Part shown: positions 18,856-29,153 of the stretch, in pieces
Numbering within the stretch: the first letter of the stretch is position 1
Layout of the letters: each line of letters opens with the position of its first letter
NCBI GenBank assembly: GCA_963662665.2
Contig: CAXXJS010000061.1
Span: 192,001-256,000, forward strand
DNA from: Candidatus Latescibacterota bacterium
GTDB taxonomy: Bacteria; Latescibacterota; UBA2968; GCA-2709665
DNA length: 64,000 nucleotides
Direction: 5' to 3'
Position numbers and translations under genes: made by a program
The notes under the pieces: model-generated
What the model was told of the DNA's origin: nothing
Database searches by the model: none
The model's input: only the letters and a program-made list of their open reading frames with translations

Positions 18856-21769
18856 GTCGATGACCCGGGCCGTCCCCGGTACGGGCCCGGACAGGCTTCC
18901 GCCGCAGTGTGGCGAGGTGATCGATCGGGGCACCCCGGTTGCGTTTTCCTTCGACGGACAGGCTTATACGGGATACACTGGCGATACCATCGCATCGGCC
19001 CTGCGGGCCGCCGGTGTCCGGGTTTTGAGCCGTTCGTTCAAATATCACCGGCCCCGCGGTTTGTTATGCTGCGCCGGTCAATGTCCGAACTGCCTGGTCC
19101 AGATTGGAGACGAGCCGAACGTCCGCGCTTGCACGCGCCACGTGGAGGCGGGTATGGCCGTTCGTTCGCAGAACGCGCAGCCTTCGCTGGATCGGGACCT
19201 TCTTTCGCTTACCCGGCTGGCAGCGCCGTTGATGCCCGTCGGTTTCTATTACAAGACGTTTATCCGTCCCGCCGTGTTGTGGCCATCTTACGAACGCGTG
19301 CTTCGTCGTGCGGCCGGGTTGGGAACAGTGGACCTCGCGTCGCGTCCGGACGGCTACGACAAGGAGTATCTGCATGCCAGCGTGGTGGTGGTGGGAGGCG
19401 GACCGTCGGGGATGGCTGCGGCCGTTGCCGCAGCCGAAGAGGGCGCGCGCGTCGCCCTCTTCGAAGTTGAACCGTTTCTGGGTGGACGCCTGCGCTTCTC
19501 CCCTTCCCAGGCCGGCTGTCTGGAGGAGTTGCGGGCTTCGGTGGCGAACCGCCCGGATATTGCTGTCTATACGGATACGGCCGTTGTGGGCTGGTACCAG
19601 GATAACTGGCTGGCCGCGGTGAAGGGTTCGCGGTTGTTCAAAATACGGGCGGAATCCGTGGTTGTCGCAACCGGCGCGATCGAAATGCCGTTGTTGTTCG
19701 ACAACAACGACCTGCCGGGGGTGATGTTGGGCGGCGCCTCACAGCGTCTGATCCATCTTTACGGCGTGAAGCCGGGCGAAAGGGCGCTGGTGGTAACCGC
19801 GAATGACGACGGATGGGACGTGGCTGCAGACCTGGTCGAGGCGGGAATTGAGATCTCCGCAGTTGTGGACGAACGGTTCACGTGTTCAAGTTCGGTCGCC
19901 GACGAATTGATTTCCCGTGGCGTGCCCGCGTTTTTCCGACATACGATTCTGGAAGCCGTCGGGTCAAAGCGAGTTCGAGCCGCCAGGGTCGCCCGGATCG
20001 ATCCGCTGGGAGAGGCGGATCGGTCCGCGGCGCGAAACCTTGAATGCGATCTGATTGTTGTGAGCGTGGGCTGGACGCCGGATCTGGCGCTGTTTTACAT
20101 GGCAGGCGGCGCTTCGGAATACGACGAACAGCGGTCGGAACCGCACCCGACAGACGCGCCGAGGGGGATGTTCGCAGCGGGGCGCGCCGCGGGCGCCCAC
20201 ACGGCCGAATGTGCTCTCGATGAGGGGCGGATCGCGGGAAGGCGGGCCGCGGCCTCCTCGGGCTTCGGAGACGGACCCGATGGGTCTGACGTTTCCGATC
20301 TGCTCGCGAGGAAAGCCGATGAGCCGGTGCGGACGTCCGCCCGTACGTTGGTACCGGGCAAAAAGAAGAGGTTTCTGTGTTATTGCGAAGACGTCACCGA
20401 CGTGGATCTGCAGACGGCAATTGTTGAGGGATACGACAGCCTTGAACTGCTGAAGCGGTACAGCACGATATCCATGGGCCCCTGCCAGGGCAGGATGTGC
20501 TCCATGAATACGGTACATCTTTGCGCCCGGGCGAACGGAAAACAGGTGCAGGAAACGGGGAAAACGACGTCTCGCCCTCCAGTAACGCCCGTCACGCTGG
20601 GTGCGTTGGCCGGGCAGAATATGGAACCCGTGCAGGTGTCTCCCGCGCATCAGTGGCACCTGGACCAGGGAGCCAGAATGATGGTGGCGGGCCTCTGGCT
20701 GCGACCGGAAGACTATGGCGACGCCACGGCAGAGGTAAAGGCCGTGCGCGAGCGTGTCGGGCTGATGGACGTCAGTACGCTGGGCAAGATCCAGCTGACG
20801 GGGCCCGGCGTACCCGAATTGCTCGAAAGGCTGTACGTGAACCAGTGGCGGAAGCTGGGTGTGGGCCGCGTCCGGTACGGCGTAATGTGCAACGACGAAG
20901 GCGTGGTGATGGACGACGGGGTGTGTGCCCGCATTCAGGAAAACGAATGGTATATGTGCACCACGTCCACGGGCGCGACGGCGGTGTTCGAATGGATTCA
21001 GTGGTGGGCGCAGTCCGGCTGGGGAAACGGGGTACACGTTGTCAACCTCACCGATTCCTACGCGGCGTTCAATCTGGCGGGACCCCGGTCGAGGGAGGTG
21101 CTGCAGCGTCTCACGGACAGGGACCTGGGCAGCCGGAAGTTCCCCTATATGCGGGTGCGGTCAACCCGCGTGGCCGGGGTGCTGTGCCGGGTCTTGCGCA
21201 TCGGGTTTACGGGGGAACTCTCGTACGAAATTCACTGTCCTGCGTCGTTCGGTATGCATGTCTGGGAAGCGCTGATGGCGGCCGGGGAGGAAGCCGGCAT
21301 CGTCCCGTTCGGCGTGGAGGCCCAGCGCGTACTTCGCCTGGAGAAGGCGCATATCATCGTGGGTCAGGACACCGACGCGTTGTCCGATCCCTTTTCGGCA
21401 AATATGGAATGGGCAGTGAAGATGAAAAAGCGGGATTTTCTGGGCAAGCCCATGTTAACCAGGATTTCGGAACGCGGAATCGGGCAGCGGCTGGTGGGGT
21501 TCAGGATGGCGCGACGGGGCGTTGTGCCCGAGGAGGGTCTGCAGGCGGTGCGTCCGGATGCGAACGGCAGGCAGGAGATCATCGGCTGGTTGACGTCCTG
21601 CCGTTTCAGTCCGGGGCTGAACGAGACCATCGGACTGTGCTGGCTGCCCGCGGACGTCGCCGCGGAAGCCGGAACCCCGTTTCGGATACGCAGAGACGGC
21701 GAACTCGAAGACGCCTATGTCCACCACGGGCCCTTCTACGATCCCGATGGAGAAAGGTTGCAGATGTGA
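18845..21769 (+). CDS. soxA: Sarcosine oxidase alpha-like subunit (2Fe-2S-like, NAD-binding and GcvT domains)
   Basis: GDTIASAL, SRSFKYHRPRG, GFYYKTF, MGPCQG, DVSTLGK, RIGFTGELSYEI, LRLEKAH. Confidence 0.9.
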   Translation: MAIESMTRAVPGTGPDRLPPQCGEVIDRGTPVAFSFDGQAYTGYTGDTIASALRAAGVRVLSRSFKYHRPRGLLCCAGQCPNCLVQIGDEPNVRACTRHVEAGMAVRSQNAQPSLDRDLLSLTRLAAPLMPVGFYYKTFIRPAVLWPSYERVLRRAAGLGTVDLASRPDGYDKEYLHASVVVVGGGPSGMAAAVAAAEEGARVALFEVEPFLGGRLRFSPSQAGCLEELRASVANRPDIAVYTDTAVVGWYQDNWLAAVKGSRLFKIRAESVVVATGAIEMPLLFDNNDLPGVMLGGASQRLIHLYGVKPGERALVVTANDDGWDVAADLVEAGIEISAVVDERFTCSSSVADELISRGVPAFFRHTILEAVGSKRVRAARVARIDPLGEADRSAARNLECDLIVVSVGWTPDLALFYMAGGASEYDEQRSEPHPTDAPRGMFAAGRAAGAHTAECALDEGRIAGRRAAASSGFGDGPDGSDVSDLLARKADEPVRTSARTLVPGKKKRFLCYCEDVTDVDLQTAIVEGYDSLELLKRYSTISMGPCQGRMCSMNTVHLCARANGKQVQETGKTTSRPPVTPVTLGALAGQNMEPVQVSPAHQWHLDQGARMMVAGLWLRPEDYGDATAEVKAVRERVGLMDVSTLGKIQLTGPGVPELLERLYVNQWRKLGVGRVRYGVMCNDEGVVMDDGVCARIQENEWYMCTTSTGATAVFEWIQWWAQSGWGNGVHVVNLTDSYAAFNLAGPRSREVLQRLTDRDLGSRKFPYMRVRSTRVAGVLCRVLRIGFTGELSYEIHCPASFGMHVWEALMAAGEEAGIVPFGVEAQRVLRLEKAHIIVGQDTDALSDPFSANMEWAVKMKKRDFLGKPMLTRISERGIGQRLVGFRMARRGVVPEEGLQAVRPDANGRQEIIGWLTSCRFSPGLNETIGLCWLPADVAAEAGTPFRIRRDGELEDAYVHHGPFYDPDGERLQM

Positions 21770-22473
21770 GTACGTCGGCCTCACCCGTGAAATTGTCGCC
21801 GCTTCATGAAACGGCGCGGAATCTCGGGGCGCGTTTCGAGAAAACTTCCGGTTGGCAGGTTCCGGATGTTTATTCAACGCTGGAAGCGGAAACAGCCGCC
21901 GCGGTAAGGGGCGTGGCGCTGGCCGACGAGACGGCAAACGGGAAGCTTTTGGTTGAAGGTGCGGAAGCGAAAACTGTATGGGGATCGCCGGACGTGGAAA
22001 TCGGGCGCGGGTTGGCGGCCGACTCCCACCGCGCGTATCGGCTCAGGGACGACTGTTTTTTCGTAAGCACCCCACCTGGCGGGGATATCCCTGTCCGCAG
22101 GACACTGATGGAGCGGGCGTCCGCCAGGTTCGTTTCGGTGACGAATCTTACGCATGCCCGGTCTGAGATCCGGGTAATGGGGACGTCCGCTTCGACGCTG
22201 ATGAGCCGGGTTTGCGGGCTGGACTTCACGGGTGGCGCGTTTCCGGACGGCGCGGCGAAGCAGACCAGCGTCGCAAGGACCACGCAACTGGTCATTCGCC
22301 GCGATATTGACGACTTGCCGGCCTATTCGGTCCTCGGGGCGAGGTCGCTGGCAGCATATCTCTGGGACATTCTCATGGAGGCCGGGGCCGATTTACAGAT
22401 CGCGCCGGTCGGCAGGGGCGCCGTCCGTGCCCTGGAGTCTCAGGATACCGGCAGTCAGATAACGCTTTTTTAG
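21766..22473 (+). CDS. soxG: Sarcosine oxidase gamma-like subunit
   Basis: GTGA overlap with the soxA stop. SPLH, VCGLDF, QTSVAR, RSLAAYLWDILMEAG. The longer 20497 ORF start is a shadow extension. Confidence 0.8.
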   Translation: MSTSASPVKLSPLHETARNLGARFEKTSGWQVPDVYSTLEAETAAAVRGVALADETANGKLLVEGAEAKTVWGSPDVEIGRGLAADSHRAYRLRDDCFFVSTPPGGDIPVRRTLMERASARFVSVTNLTHARSEIRVMGTSASTLMSRVCGLDFTGGAFPDGAAKQTSVARTTQLVIRRDIDDLPAYSVLGARSLAAYLWDILMEAGADLQIAPVGRGAVRALESQDTGSQITLF

Positions 22474-22489
22474 AGAGGAAGGTTCGTCT

Positions 22490-23971
22490 ATGTCGAATCA
22501 GGCCGCAGCGGATCTGGAGGCATTTGTACGGGCCGACGGTCGAGACGAGCGGGTGAAAAAAGTGCGTGAACAGATCGACGCGCTGGGTATTACCTACATC
22601 TATTACCAGTTTATTTCCGTGACCGGGCGGGTGGTGGGCAAGGGTATTCCTGCGGACCACTGGGAACGGATCGCGGACCGCGGATTCCAGCTGGTATACG
22701 GGGCAACCGCCAACCTGTTCATGGACCGGTACGACAACTATATAGGATACGGCCCGGAGGCTTCGGAACTGGTGGGTATTCCGGATCCCGAGACGTTCGT
22801 ACAATTGGCGTGGGACAAACGGCTGGCGCGGGTCTTCTGCACGCTGTTCCGGAACAGGGACGAACCGGAAAATCCAGGCAGTTTCCTAACGTCGGACTGC
22901 AGGGGCAATCTGCGGCGCATCCACGCGCAATTCATGCAGGACCACGACGGGCTGCATATGCGCCACGGCGCCGAACCGGAGATGATGTGGCTGCAAAAGG
23001 GGCCCGACGGCAAACCCGCGGACGGTTTCAGCAAACCCTACTGCTATCACATCGACCAGTTCGAGTCCCTGCGGCCGGTGGTGATGAAGGTGATCGAATA
23101 CGGCCGGGCAATGGGGCTGGACATGATTCAGGGAGACCACGAGGACGCGCCGGGTCAGTTGGAGTTGAACTTTACGTTCGACGACGCGCTCGCCACGTGC
23201 GACCGGCTGACGACGTACCGGCAGATTTGCGCCCAGGTGGGAAGGGAGCACGACCTCATCGCGTGTTTCATGTGCAAGCCATTCATGGGTGTCTCGGCAT
23301 CGGGTTGCCACCACAATCTTTCGCTGTGGCGGGGGGGCGAGGACGTGCTGAAGTCACTTGGCAATCACACGTTGCCCGGTCTGGATGAAGTATTCACGTA
23401 CCGGGAAGGCGGGCAGAATATGTTCGAGCCGCTTCCTGGCAAACGCGAACCCGCGCCCACCGGATTGCAGTGCATCGGCGGGGTCATCGAACATCTCCAG
23501 GCGCTGACCGCCATCGGGTGTTCCACCGTGAATTCCTACCGGCGATTGTGGGAGACGGGTTTCTGGGCGCCGGTTTATTCGGACTGGGGTTATCAGAACC
23601 GCACCTGTGGTCTGAGGGTATCCGGCCCGGGAAGGTTTGAATACCGGGCCGTCGACGCCATGGTGAACCCCTATCTGATGGCGGGTGCGCTGCTGAAGGC
23701 GTTTGACGACGGGATCCGGAGGGACCTGGACCCGGGCGAACCCGAGCACCGCAATATCTACGAGGCGATCGAAGCGGGCAAAGAGGTAACCAAACTGCCA
23801 ACCACGCTCGGTGACGCACTGGACAAGCTGGAACAGGACGTGGTGATCCGGTCTTCGCTTCCCGGTGAGATGTACGACGTTTACATGCATTACAAGCGGG
23901 ACGAGTGGGAGCGGTTTCTGGCGACGGTGACCGACTGGGACCTGGAGACCTACTGGGATTGCCTTCCATAG
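22490..23971 (+). CDS. Glutamine synthetase-like gamma-glutamyl-amide ligase (GmaS-like by context)
   Basis: GAEPE, DHEDAPGQLE, FMCKPF..SASGCHH, NSYRRL, WGYQNRT, RFEYRAVD...NPYL. Confidence 0.82.
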   Translation: MSNQAAADLEAFVRADGRDERVKKVREQIDALGITYIYYQFISVTGRVVGKGIPADHWERIADRGFQLVYGATANLFMDRYDNYIGYGPEASELVGIPDPETFVQLAWDKRLARVFCTLFRNRDEPENPGSFLTSDCRGNLRRIHAQFMQDHDGLHMRHGAEPEMMWLQKGPDGKPADGFSKPYCYHIDQFESLRPVVMKVIEYGRAMGLDMIQGDHEDAPGQLELNFTFDDALATCDRLTTYRQICAQVGREHDLIACFMCKPFMGVSASGCHHNLSLWRGGEDVLKSLGNHTLPGLDEVFTYREGGQNMFEPLPGKREPAPTGLQCIGGVIEHLQALTAIGCSTVNSYRRLWETGFWAPVYSDWGYQNRTCGLRVSGPGRFEYRAVDAMVNPYLMAGALLKAFDDGIRRDLDPGEPEHRNIYEAIEAGKEVTKLPTTLGDALDKLEQDVVIRSSLPGEMYDVYMHYKRDEWERFLATVTDWDLETYWDCLP

Positions 23972-23993
23972 AAGCAAGGGGAGCGAGGCGCGT

Positions 23994-24929
23994 ATGTGCG
24001 GTATCGCGGGGATTATCCACCGTAACAAGACGGGTCGGATTGGAAGCGAGATGACCATGATGCTTCAGGCAATGAAGCACCGGGGTCCGGATTCCACGGG
24101 TTTCGCGCTCTACGGCGAACCGTCGGCCGGCGTCCTGGCGATGCGATTCAAGGTGGCAGAGAAGGAGGACCTGGCGTCCGGCTTCCGGATCAGAGATCAG
24201 ATCGTGGAACGCAGGGCGGAGGTGGATGAACGCATCGAGACGCTGGGAGGCGAAATCCTCGCTTCGGAACAGCCAACGGAGTACGCGTTCCTGTATCGCG
24301 TGAAGTACGAAGGCGACCTGCGCCGGTTCGCGGACTTCATTGAAGATGCGGAAGGCGTTGAGATCCTGTCTATCGGCAGTGCGCTGGAACTGGTGAAGGA
24401 TCTGGGCGATGCGAATGAGGTGTGTGTGCAGTACGGGACGGGTTCGTTTGTGGGCACACACGCCATCGGGCACGTCCGCATGGCCACGGAGTCAGACGTC
24501 GACATTCGATCCGCGCACCCCTACTGGGCGTATCCGTTTGGCGATATCTCCGTGGTGCACAACGGTCAGCTGACCAATTACTGGTCCATGCGGCGCGACC
24601 TCGAGCGTCGGGGACATCGGTTTGTTTCGGATTGCGATTCTGAACTGATCGCGGTCTATATCGCCGATAGCCTCGATCGTGAGGTTCCATTGGAAGAAGC
24701 GATGGTGCGGTCCGTGCGTGAACTGGATGGCGTATTCACGTATCTTGTCGCAACAACGGATAGCCTGGGTATGGCCAAAGACACCATGGCGGCCAAACCC
24801 ATGGTACTCTACGAAGGCAAAGACGAGACCTTGCTCGCCTCCGAAGAAGTCGCGATCCGGACCGTTCTGCCCCAGGAGATCGAGACGGTAGACCCCTACG
24901 CGGGAGAAGTGCGGGTATGGCAGAATTAG
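23994..24929 (+). CDS. Class II glutamine amidotransferase, MgsA/GlxB-like (copy 2)
   Basis: MCGIAG, HRGPDSTG, IGHVRMATES, HNGQLTNY, CDSE. Confidence 0.85.
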   Translation: MCGIAGIIHRNKTGRIGSEMTMMLQAMKHRGPDSTGFALYGEPSAGVLAMRFKVAEKEDLASGFRIRDQIVERRAEVDERIETLGGEILASEQPTEYAFLYRVKYEGDLRRFADFIEDAEGVEILSIGSALELVKDLGDANEVCVQYGTGSFVGTHAIGHVRMATESDVDIRSAHPYWAYPFGDISVVHNGQLTNYWSMRRDLERRGHRFVSDCDSELIAVYIADSLDREVPLEEAMVRSVRELDGVFTYLVATTDSLGMAKDTMAAKPMVLYEGKDETLLASEEVAIRTVLPQEIETVDPYAGEVRVWQN

Positions 24930-25774
24930 AAGCGGATGGAGAAAAGAACCACCGGTCCTACGCGATGGGGCTGCACGACGAGCCGCTTGCGAACCGGACG
25001 AACCGGGTTTTCTTTCCCGCCGGGTCCGGAACGGACTTCGTGTATCCTGGAAGTCTCAAAGTGGACTTCGACAGGCGCGCGGAGTTTGACGCGGCGCCGA
25101 TGTCGATCCGGGAAGCGAATCGGAAGATCCGGAGTCTGATGGAAGCGGGATACGGCCATATCGTGGTGCGGAACCCGAACGCCAAGCACTCGCTCGGTTC
25201 CGGCATACTGAACCGGCTGAAGCTGGACTTCGAGGGCTCGCTCGGTTATTTCGCCGTGGGACTCATAGACGGGCCCAACGTTAGGATCAATGGGCGCGTA
25301 GGCTGGTCTTGCGCTGAAAACATGATGGCGGGCACCGTGGTGGTGGATAAGAACGCCGGGTCTTCGTTTGGCGCGGCCTTGCGCGGTGGCGACCTCGTCT
25401 GCAGGGGTGACGTCGGCGGGCGGACCGGGATCAACATGAAGGGCGGGACGATCCTGGTGGCCGGACGAACCGGAATGCTCTCCGGATTCATGATGCAGCG
25501 CGGGCGGATGATCGTCCTGGGAGACGCGGACGAGAATCTCGGTGATTCGATGTACGACGGCACGATTTACGTCGGCGGGAGCATAAAGTCTCTGGGCGTG
25601 GACGCCGTGCGCGCGGAATTGACGGACGTCGAGGTCGACTGGCTGGGTCTCAAGTTGGGGATGTACGGCCTCGAGGCCCCGGGCGGCGTCTGCAATTTGA
25701 AGAAGGTCGTTGCGGGCAGGCAACTCTGGAATTACGACAACCTGGAACCTGCCGAAAAGAAGATGGTGCTCTGA
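24917..25774 (+). CDS. GXGXG-repeat subunit, MgsB/GlxC-like (copy 2, N-terminally extended)
   Basis: GSLGYF, AENMMAG, MKGG, GFMMQRG, LGDSMYDG, VVAGRQLWNY. Confidence 0.85.
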   Translation: MAELEADGEKNHRSYAMGLHDEPLANRTNRVFFPAGSGTDFVYPGSLKVDFDRRAEFDAAPMSIREANRKIRSLMEAGYGHIVVRNPNAKHSLGSGILNRLKLDFEGSLGYFAVGLIDGPNVRINGRVGWSCAENMMAGTVVVDKNAGSSFGAALRGGDLVCRGDVGGRTGINMKGGTILVAGRTGMLSGFMMQRGRMIVLGDADENLGDSMYDGTIYVGGSIKSLGVDAVRAELTDVEVDWLGLKLGMYGLEAPGGVCNLKKVVAGRQLWNYDNLEPAEKKMVL

Positions 25775-25798
25775 CAGACTCAACGGGCTTTTAACCCG

Positions 25799-25822
25799 GG
25801 AACCGGAACAGAACCCGGTTCC
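25799..25822 (+). terminator. Intergenic stem-loop after the methylamine-type operon
   Basis: GGAACCGG-8 nt loop-CCGGTTCC, with no clear U-tract. Confidence 0.35.
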
Positions 25823-25842
25823 GGCGCTTCTGGAGAGACAAT

Positions 25843-26835
25843 ATGGGCGATGTGTTATCCGTAGGAATGGTGGGCGCGGGCGGGATCGCGCATTCTCATA
25901 TGCGCGCGATCGCGGAGGTTGAAAACATACGAACGGCGGCGGTGATGGATATCTACCCGGAACCCGCTGAGGCGGCCGCGGTCGAATACGGTGCCACGCC
26001 ATACACCGACCTGGACGCGATGCTGGCAGATCCGAAGGTTGAAGCCGTCCACGTATGCACCCCCCACAACCGGCACGGCGCGCAGGTCGTGGCCGCCGCC
26101 GAAGCAGGTAAACACGTCCTGGTGGAGAAGCCGATGGCGCTTACCCTCGACGAGTGCGACCGGATGATCGCGGCCTGTGAAAAGGCCGATCGGGTTCTGA
26201 TGGTCGGGCAGGTCATGCGCTATTACCCGGTCAGCCGAAGAGTGAAACAGCTCATCGCCGATGGCGTGATCGGTCAGGTGGGTCACCTGCTCAGACGCCG
26301 GTTGGGGAACTTCAATCCCACGCCGCCGCCGGGACAGGATACCCACTGGTACCTGGATCTGGAAACTGGGGGCATCTGCGTGCTGTATTGTTTCGGACCG
26401 CACGAATACGATATCCTGCACTGGTATATGGATTCGCCCGTTGTCAGGGTTTTCGCCCAGGGAACGGAGAGTACGGATCGCTACCGCGGGCAGAAGGACT
26501 CCTATACGTCAGTCATGAACCACGCCAACGGCGCGGTCAGTGTGTTGTCTCAGTCCGTCGTCTGTCACGCCGGATCGCATGACCAGTACATCATGGGCAG
26601 CCTGGGATCGATGTCGTTCACCCATGGGCGATTGTCGCTCAACGGCCGGGAGGTGGACGTCGGCGAGCCGGGTAACGGGATGCAAAATCAGATTCGCGAG
26701 TTTGCCGATTGTTGTCTCGAGGGCAAGACGCCCGATGCCAGCGGCCGGTCCGTGCGGCACACAATGGCCGTGATCGAGGCGGCCAAACAGAGTGCGGAGC
26801 GGGACGAGGCGGTGCTTGTGTCGGAATTTGAATGA
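25843..26835 (+). CDS. Gfo/Idh/MocA family oxidoreductase
   Basis: GMVGAGGIA, VCTPH, AGKHVLVEKPMA. Confidence 0.9.
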   Translation: MGDVLSVGMVGAGGIAHSHMRAIAEVENIRTAAVMDIYPEPAEAAAVEYGATPYTDLDAMLADPKVEAVHVCTPHNRHGAQVVAAAEAGKHVLVEKPMALTLDECDRMIAACEKADRVLMVGQVMRYYPVSRRVKQLIADGVIGQVGHLLRRRLGNFNPTPPPGQDTHWYLDLETGGICVLYCFGPHEYDILHWYMDSPVVRVFAQGTESTDRYRGQKDSYTSVMNHANGAVSVLSQSVVCHAGSHDQYIMGSLGSMSFTHGRLSLNGREVDVGEPGNGMQNQIREFADCCLEGKTPDASGRSVRHTMAVIEAAKQSAERDEAVLVSEFE

Positions 26836-26862
26836 GAGAGCTTTCCGGGCCAGGACACCGGT

Positions 26863-28128
26863 ATGGACTTGAACACTGAGGTCGTGGACGCGGGCGTCGC
26901 GTTCATTCCCCGGAAGCTGAAAACGCCGCTCCACCTGAGTTCCGGGACGATTTCGGAGCTCACGGAAGCCCGCGCCGCGGTCACGGTACGCGTGGCCGGG
27001 CGCGAAGCTCAGGGCAGGGGTTCAATCTATCTCAGCGACGTCTGGGCCTGGCCGGATCCCGCGCTGACGCACGCGTTTCGAGACGCGGCCCTGCGCGGCT
27101 TCTGCAGCGAACTCGCCACGAGCCTGTACGCACATTGCGGCGGCGAACCCGCGCACCCTCTGGTACTGGGGATGCGTCTGCACGGGTCGATCGCCGGTGA
27201 AACACCGCCGCCGGTCCTCGCGCGTGCGATGTGCGTCAGTCCGTTCGACGCCGCGATACACGACGCTGTGGGCATCGCCACCGGACGTTCCGCATTCCGC
27301 TTCTACACCGGGACCACACCGTTCCCCGAAGTGGACGGATGCTTTCCCGGCGGCGGCGCGTGCGCGGCGATTCAGCGTCTGTTTCATACGCCCCGGTCCC
27401 GTCTGCGCGCCTGGTGGGTTGTGGGAAACGCCGACGACCTGGGGGCGGATCTCTCTCGCGTCATCGGAGAACGCGGGTACCGAGGCTTCAAGCTGAAGAT
27501 TCAGGGAAAGGATAATGCCGCCGACGCAGCCAGGACCATCGAGGTGTACCGCGCCCTCCGAGGGCACGGCGTTGACGACCCGGCGTTGACGGCGGACAGC
27601 AACGAAGCCAATCCGGATGCGGAAAGCGTACTTGACTATCTGGAACGGCTCAGGGCCGAGGACAGCGGGGCTTTCCGGGCGCTCAGGTACATGGAACAGC
27701 CCACGGGCCGGGACATCCTGCTGCATCCGCAGGACTGGCGGGCGGTGAACAGGCTCAAGCCGGTCTTTCTGGACGAGGGTCTCACCAGCCTGGAATTGCT
27801 GCCGGAAGCGAAACGGCAGGGTTGGAGCGGTCTGGCCCTGAAGACCTGCAAGGGACACAGCTTTGCACTGCTTGCAGCCGCGTGGGCGCGCGAAAACGGG
27901 ATGCGGCTTGCGCTTCAGGATCTGACCAATCCCGGGTTCGCGGCAATCCACGCCGCGCTGTTCGCGGCGCACGTGCCCATGGTTAACGGCGTGGAAATCA
28001 ACTCCCCTCAATATACGCCGGATGCCAACGCCGAATGGCTGCCGCGGCTGGCGGGAATTTTCGAACCCGCGGACGGGATGCATCGAATAGACAATCCCGA
28101 AACCGTGGGGTTGGGTTCCACGCTCTGA
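26863..28128 (+). CDS. Enolase superfamily (mandelate racemase/MLE-like) enzyme
   Basis: FDAAIHDA, FKLK, metal ligands in ADSNE / EQP / LDE, LALKTCKG. Confidence 0.8.
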   Translation: MDLNTEVVDAGVAFIPRKLKTPLHLSSGTISELTEARAAVTVRVAGREAQGRGSIYLSDVWAWPDPALTHAFRDAALRGFCSELATSLYAHCGGEPAHPLVLGMRLHGSIAGETPPPVLARAMCVSPFDAAIHDAVGIATGRSAFRFYTGTTPFPEVDGCFPGGGACAAIQRLFHTPRSRLRAWWVVGNADDLGADLSRVIGERGYRGFKLKIQGKDNAADAARTIEVYRALRGHGVDDPALTADSNEANPDAESVLDYLERLRAEDSGAFRALRYMEQPTGRDILLHPQDWRAVNRLKPVFLDEGLTSLELLPEAKRQGWSGLALKTCKGHSFALLAAAWARENGMRLALQDLTNPGFAAIHAALFAAHVPMVNGVEINSPQYTPDANAEWLPRLAGIFEPADGMHRIDNPETVGLGSTL

Positions 28129-28199
28129 CGGTTACGGGGCCCCGGATTGATGTGATCAGCCGGCAAAGAAGTATTCCGAATCGTCCAGGAGGGAAACCG

Positions 28200-29048
28200 A
28201 TGGATGCCGCATGTCTTGAGAATAGATTGACTGGCGAGGAGAAGTCGAAGTTCGAACGCGACGGCTTCCTGATCATTGAAGATGCAATTCCTCCCGAACG
28301 GGTCTCCGCGTTGACGCTTGTGGTCGACGGGTTGTACGAGACCTATCTTGCCGAGAACGGTCTGGGTTCTGGCGAACGCATGAACCTGACGGACTTCGTG
28401 GGGCGCGACGACGAGTTTCTGGCCTTGCTGGACTGGCCGGTCACGTTCTCCAAAGTATGGGGTATTCTCGGGTGGAATATCCAGCTTTACCACTCCCACC
28501 TGATCGTTACCCCGCCGGAACCGCCGGACAAACGCTCATATAGCGGACGCCTGGGCTGGCACCAGGACAGCGGTCGTCTGAATATGGAACTGGACGCCAC
28601 GCCCCGGCCGCGGGTCTCGCTGAAGGTCGGCTATTTTCTGACGGATACCACCCGGCCGGATCGAGGGAATTTCCACATTGTCCCAGGCAGCCACCTCAAG
28701 AATCGGCTGGATCTACCGGACGACGGCGCGTCCGACCCTCCCGGAACGACGCCCGTGCTGGCTCCGGCGGGCTCGGCGGTGTTCTTCGATCGGCGGCTCT
28801 GGCACGCGGCCGGGAGGAATCACTCGGACGTGACGCGGAAAGTGCTGTTCTACGGTTACAGTTACCGGTGGCTCAGGCCGAGGGACAATATGACGGTGGC
28901 CCACTGCATGGGACGATGTGATCCGGTTCAGCGGCAGTTGCTCGGCGAAAGCACCGGAGGGATGGGGTATACGTCCCCCACCGACGCGGACGTGCCGCTC
29001 AAGGGTTGGATCCGGGAACACGCAGGGGAGGAAGCCGTCGCGCCGTAG
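28200..29048 (+). CDS. PhyH family dioxygenase (EctD-like)
   Basis: GWHQD, GNFHIVPGSH, FFDRRLWHA..RN...RK. ATG 28200 follows GGAGG. Confidence 0.88.
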   Translation: MDAACLENRLTGEEKSKFERDGFLIIEDAIPPERVSALTLVVDGLYETYLAENGLGSGERMNLTDFVGRDDEFLALLDWPVTFSKVWGILGWNIQLYHSHLIVTPPEPPDKRSYSGRLGWHQDSGRLNMELDATPRPRVSLKVGYFLTDTTRPDRGNFHIVPGSHLKNRLDLPDDGASDPPGTTPVLAPAGSAVFFDRRLWHAAGRNHSDVTRKVLFYGYSYRWLRPRDNMTVAHCMGRCDPVQRQLLGESTGGMGYTSPTDADVPLKGWIREHAGEEAVAP

Positions 29049-29093
29049 TGTATAGCCGCTCGGTATCGTCTTCCGAACGTGCTGGTATGGCAT

Positions 29094-29127
29094 GGGCCCC
29101 GCCCGAAGCGAGCTTCGGGCGGGGTTC
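29094..29127 (+). terminator. Strong intergenic hairpin (terminator or mRNA stabiliser)
   Basis: 12-bp perfect stem CCCCGCCCGAAG-cgag-CTTCGGGCGGGG. Confidence 0.5.
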
Positions 29128-29153
29128 GTAATCTGTGAAGGAGGAGATCGAAG

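Noticed and set aside
20497-21765. Long N-terminal extension of the soxG ORF (658 aa)
   Set aside because: It overlaps soxA in another frame and has low-complexity composition. The GTGA-coupled start at 21766 is more plausible.
22450-22473. SoxG C-terminal QITLF as a clamp-binding motif
   Set aside because: Imperfect match on a metabolic subunit, most likely chance.
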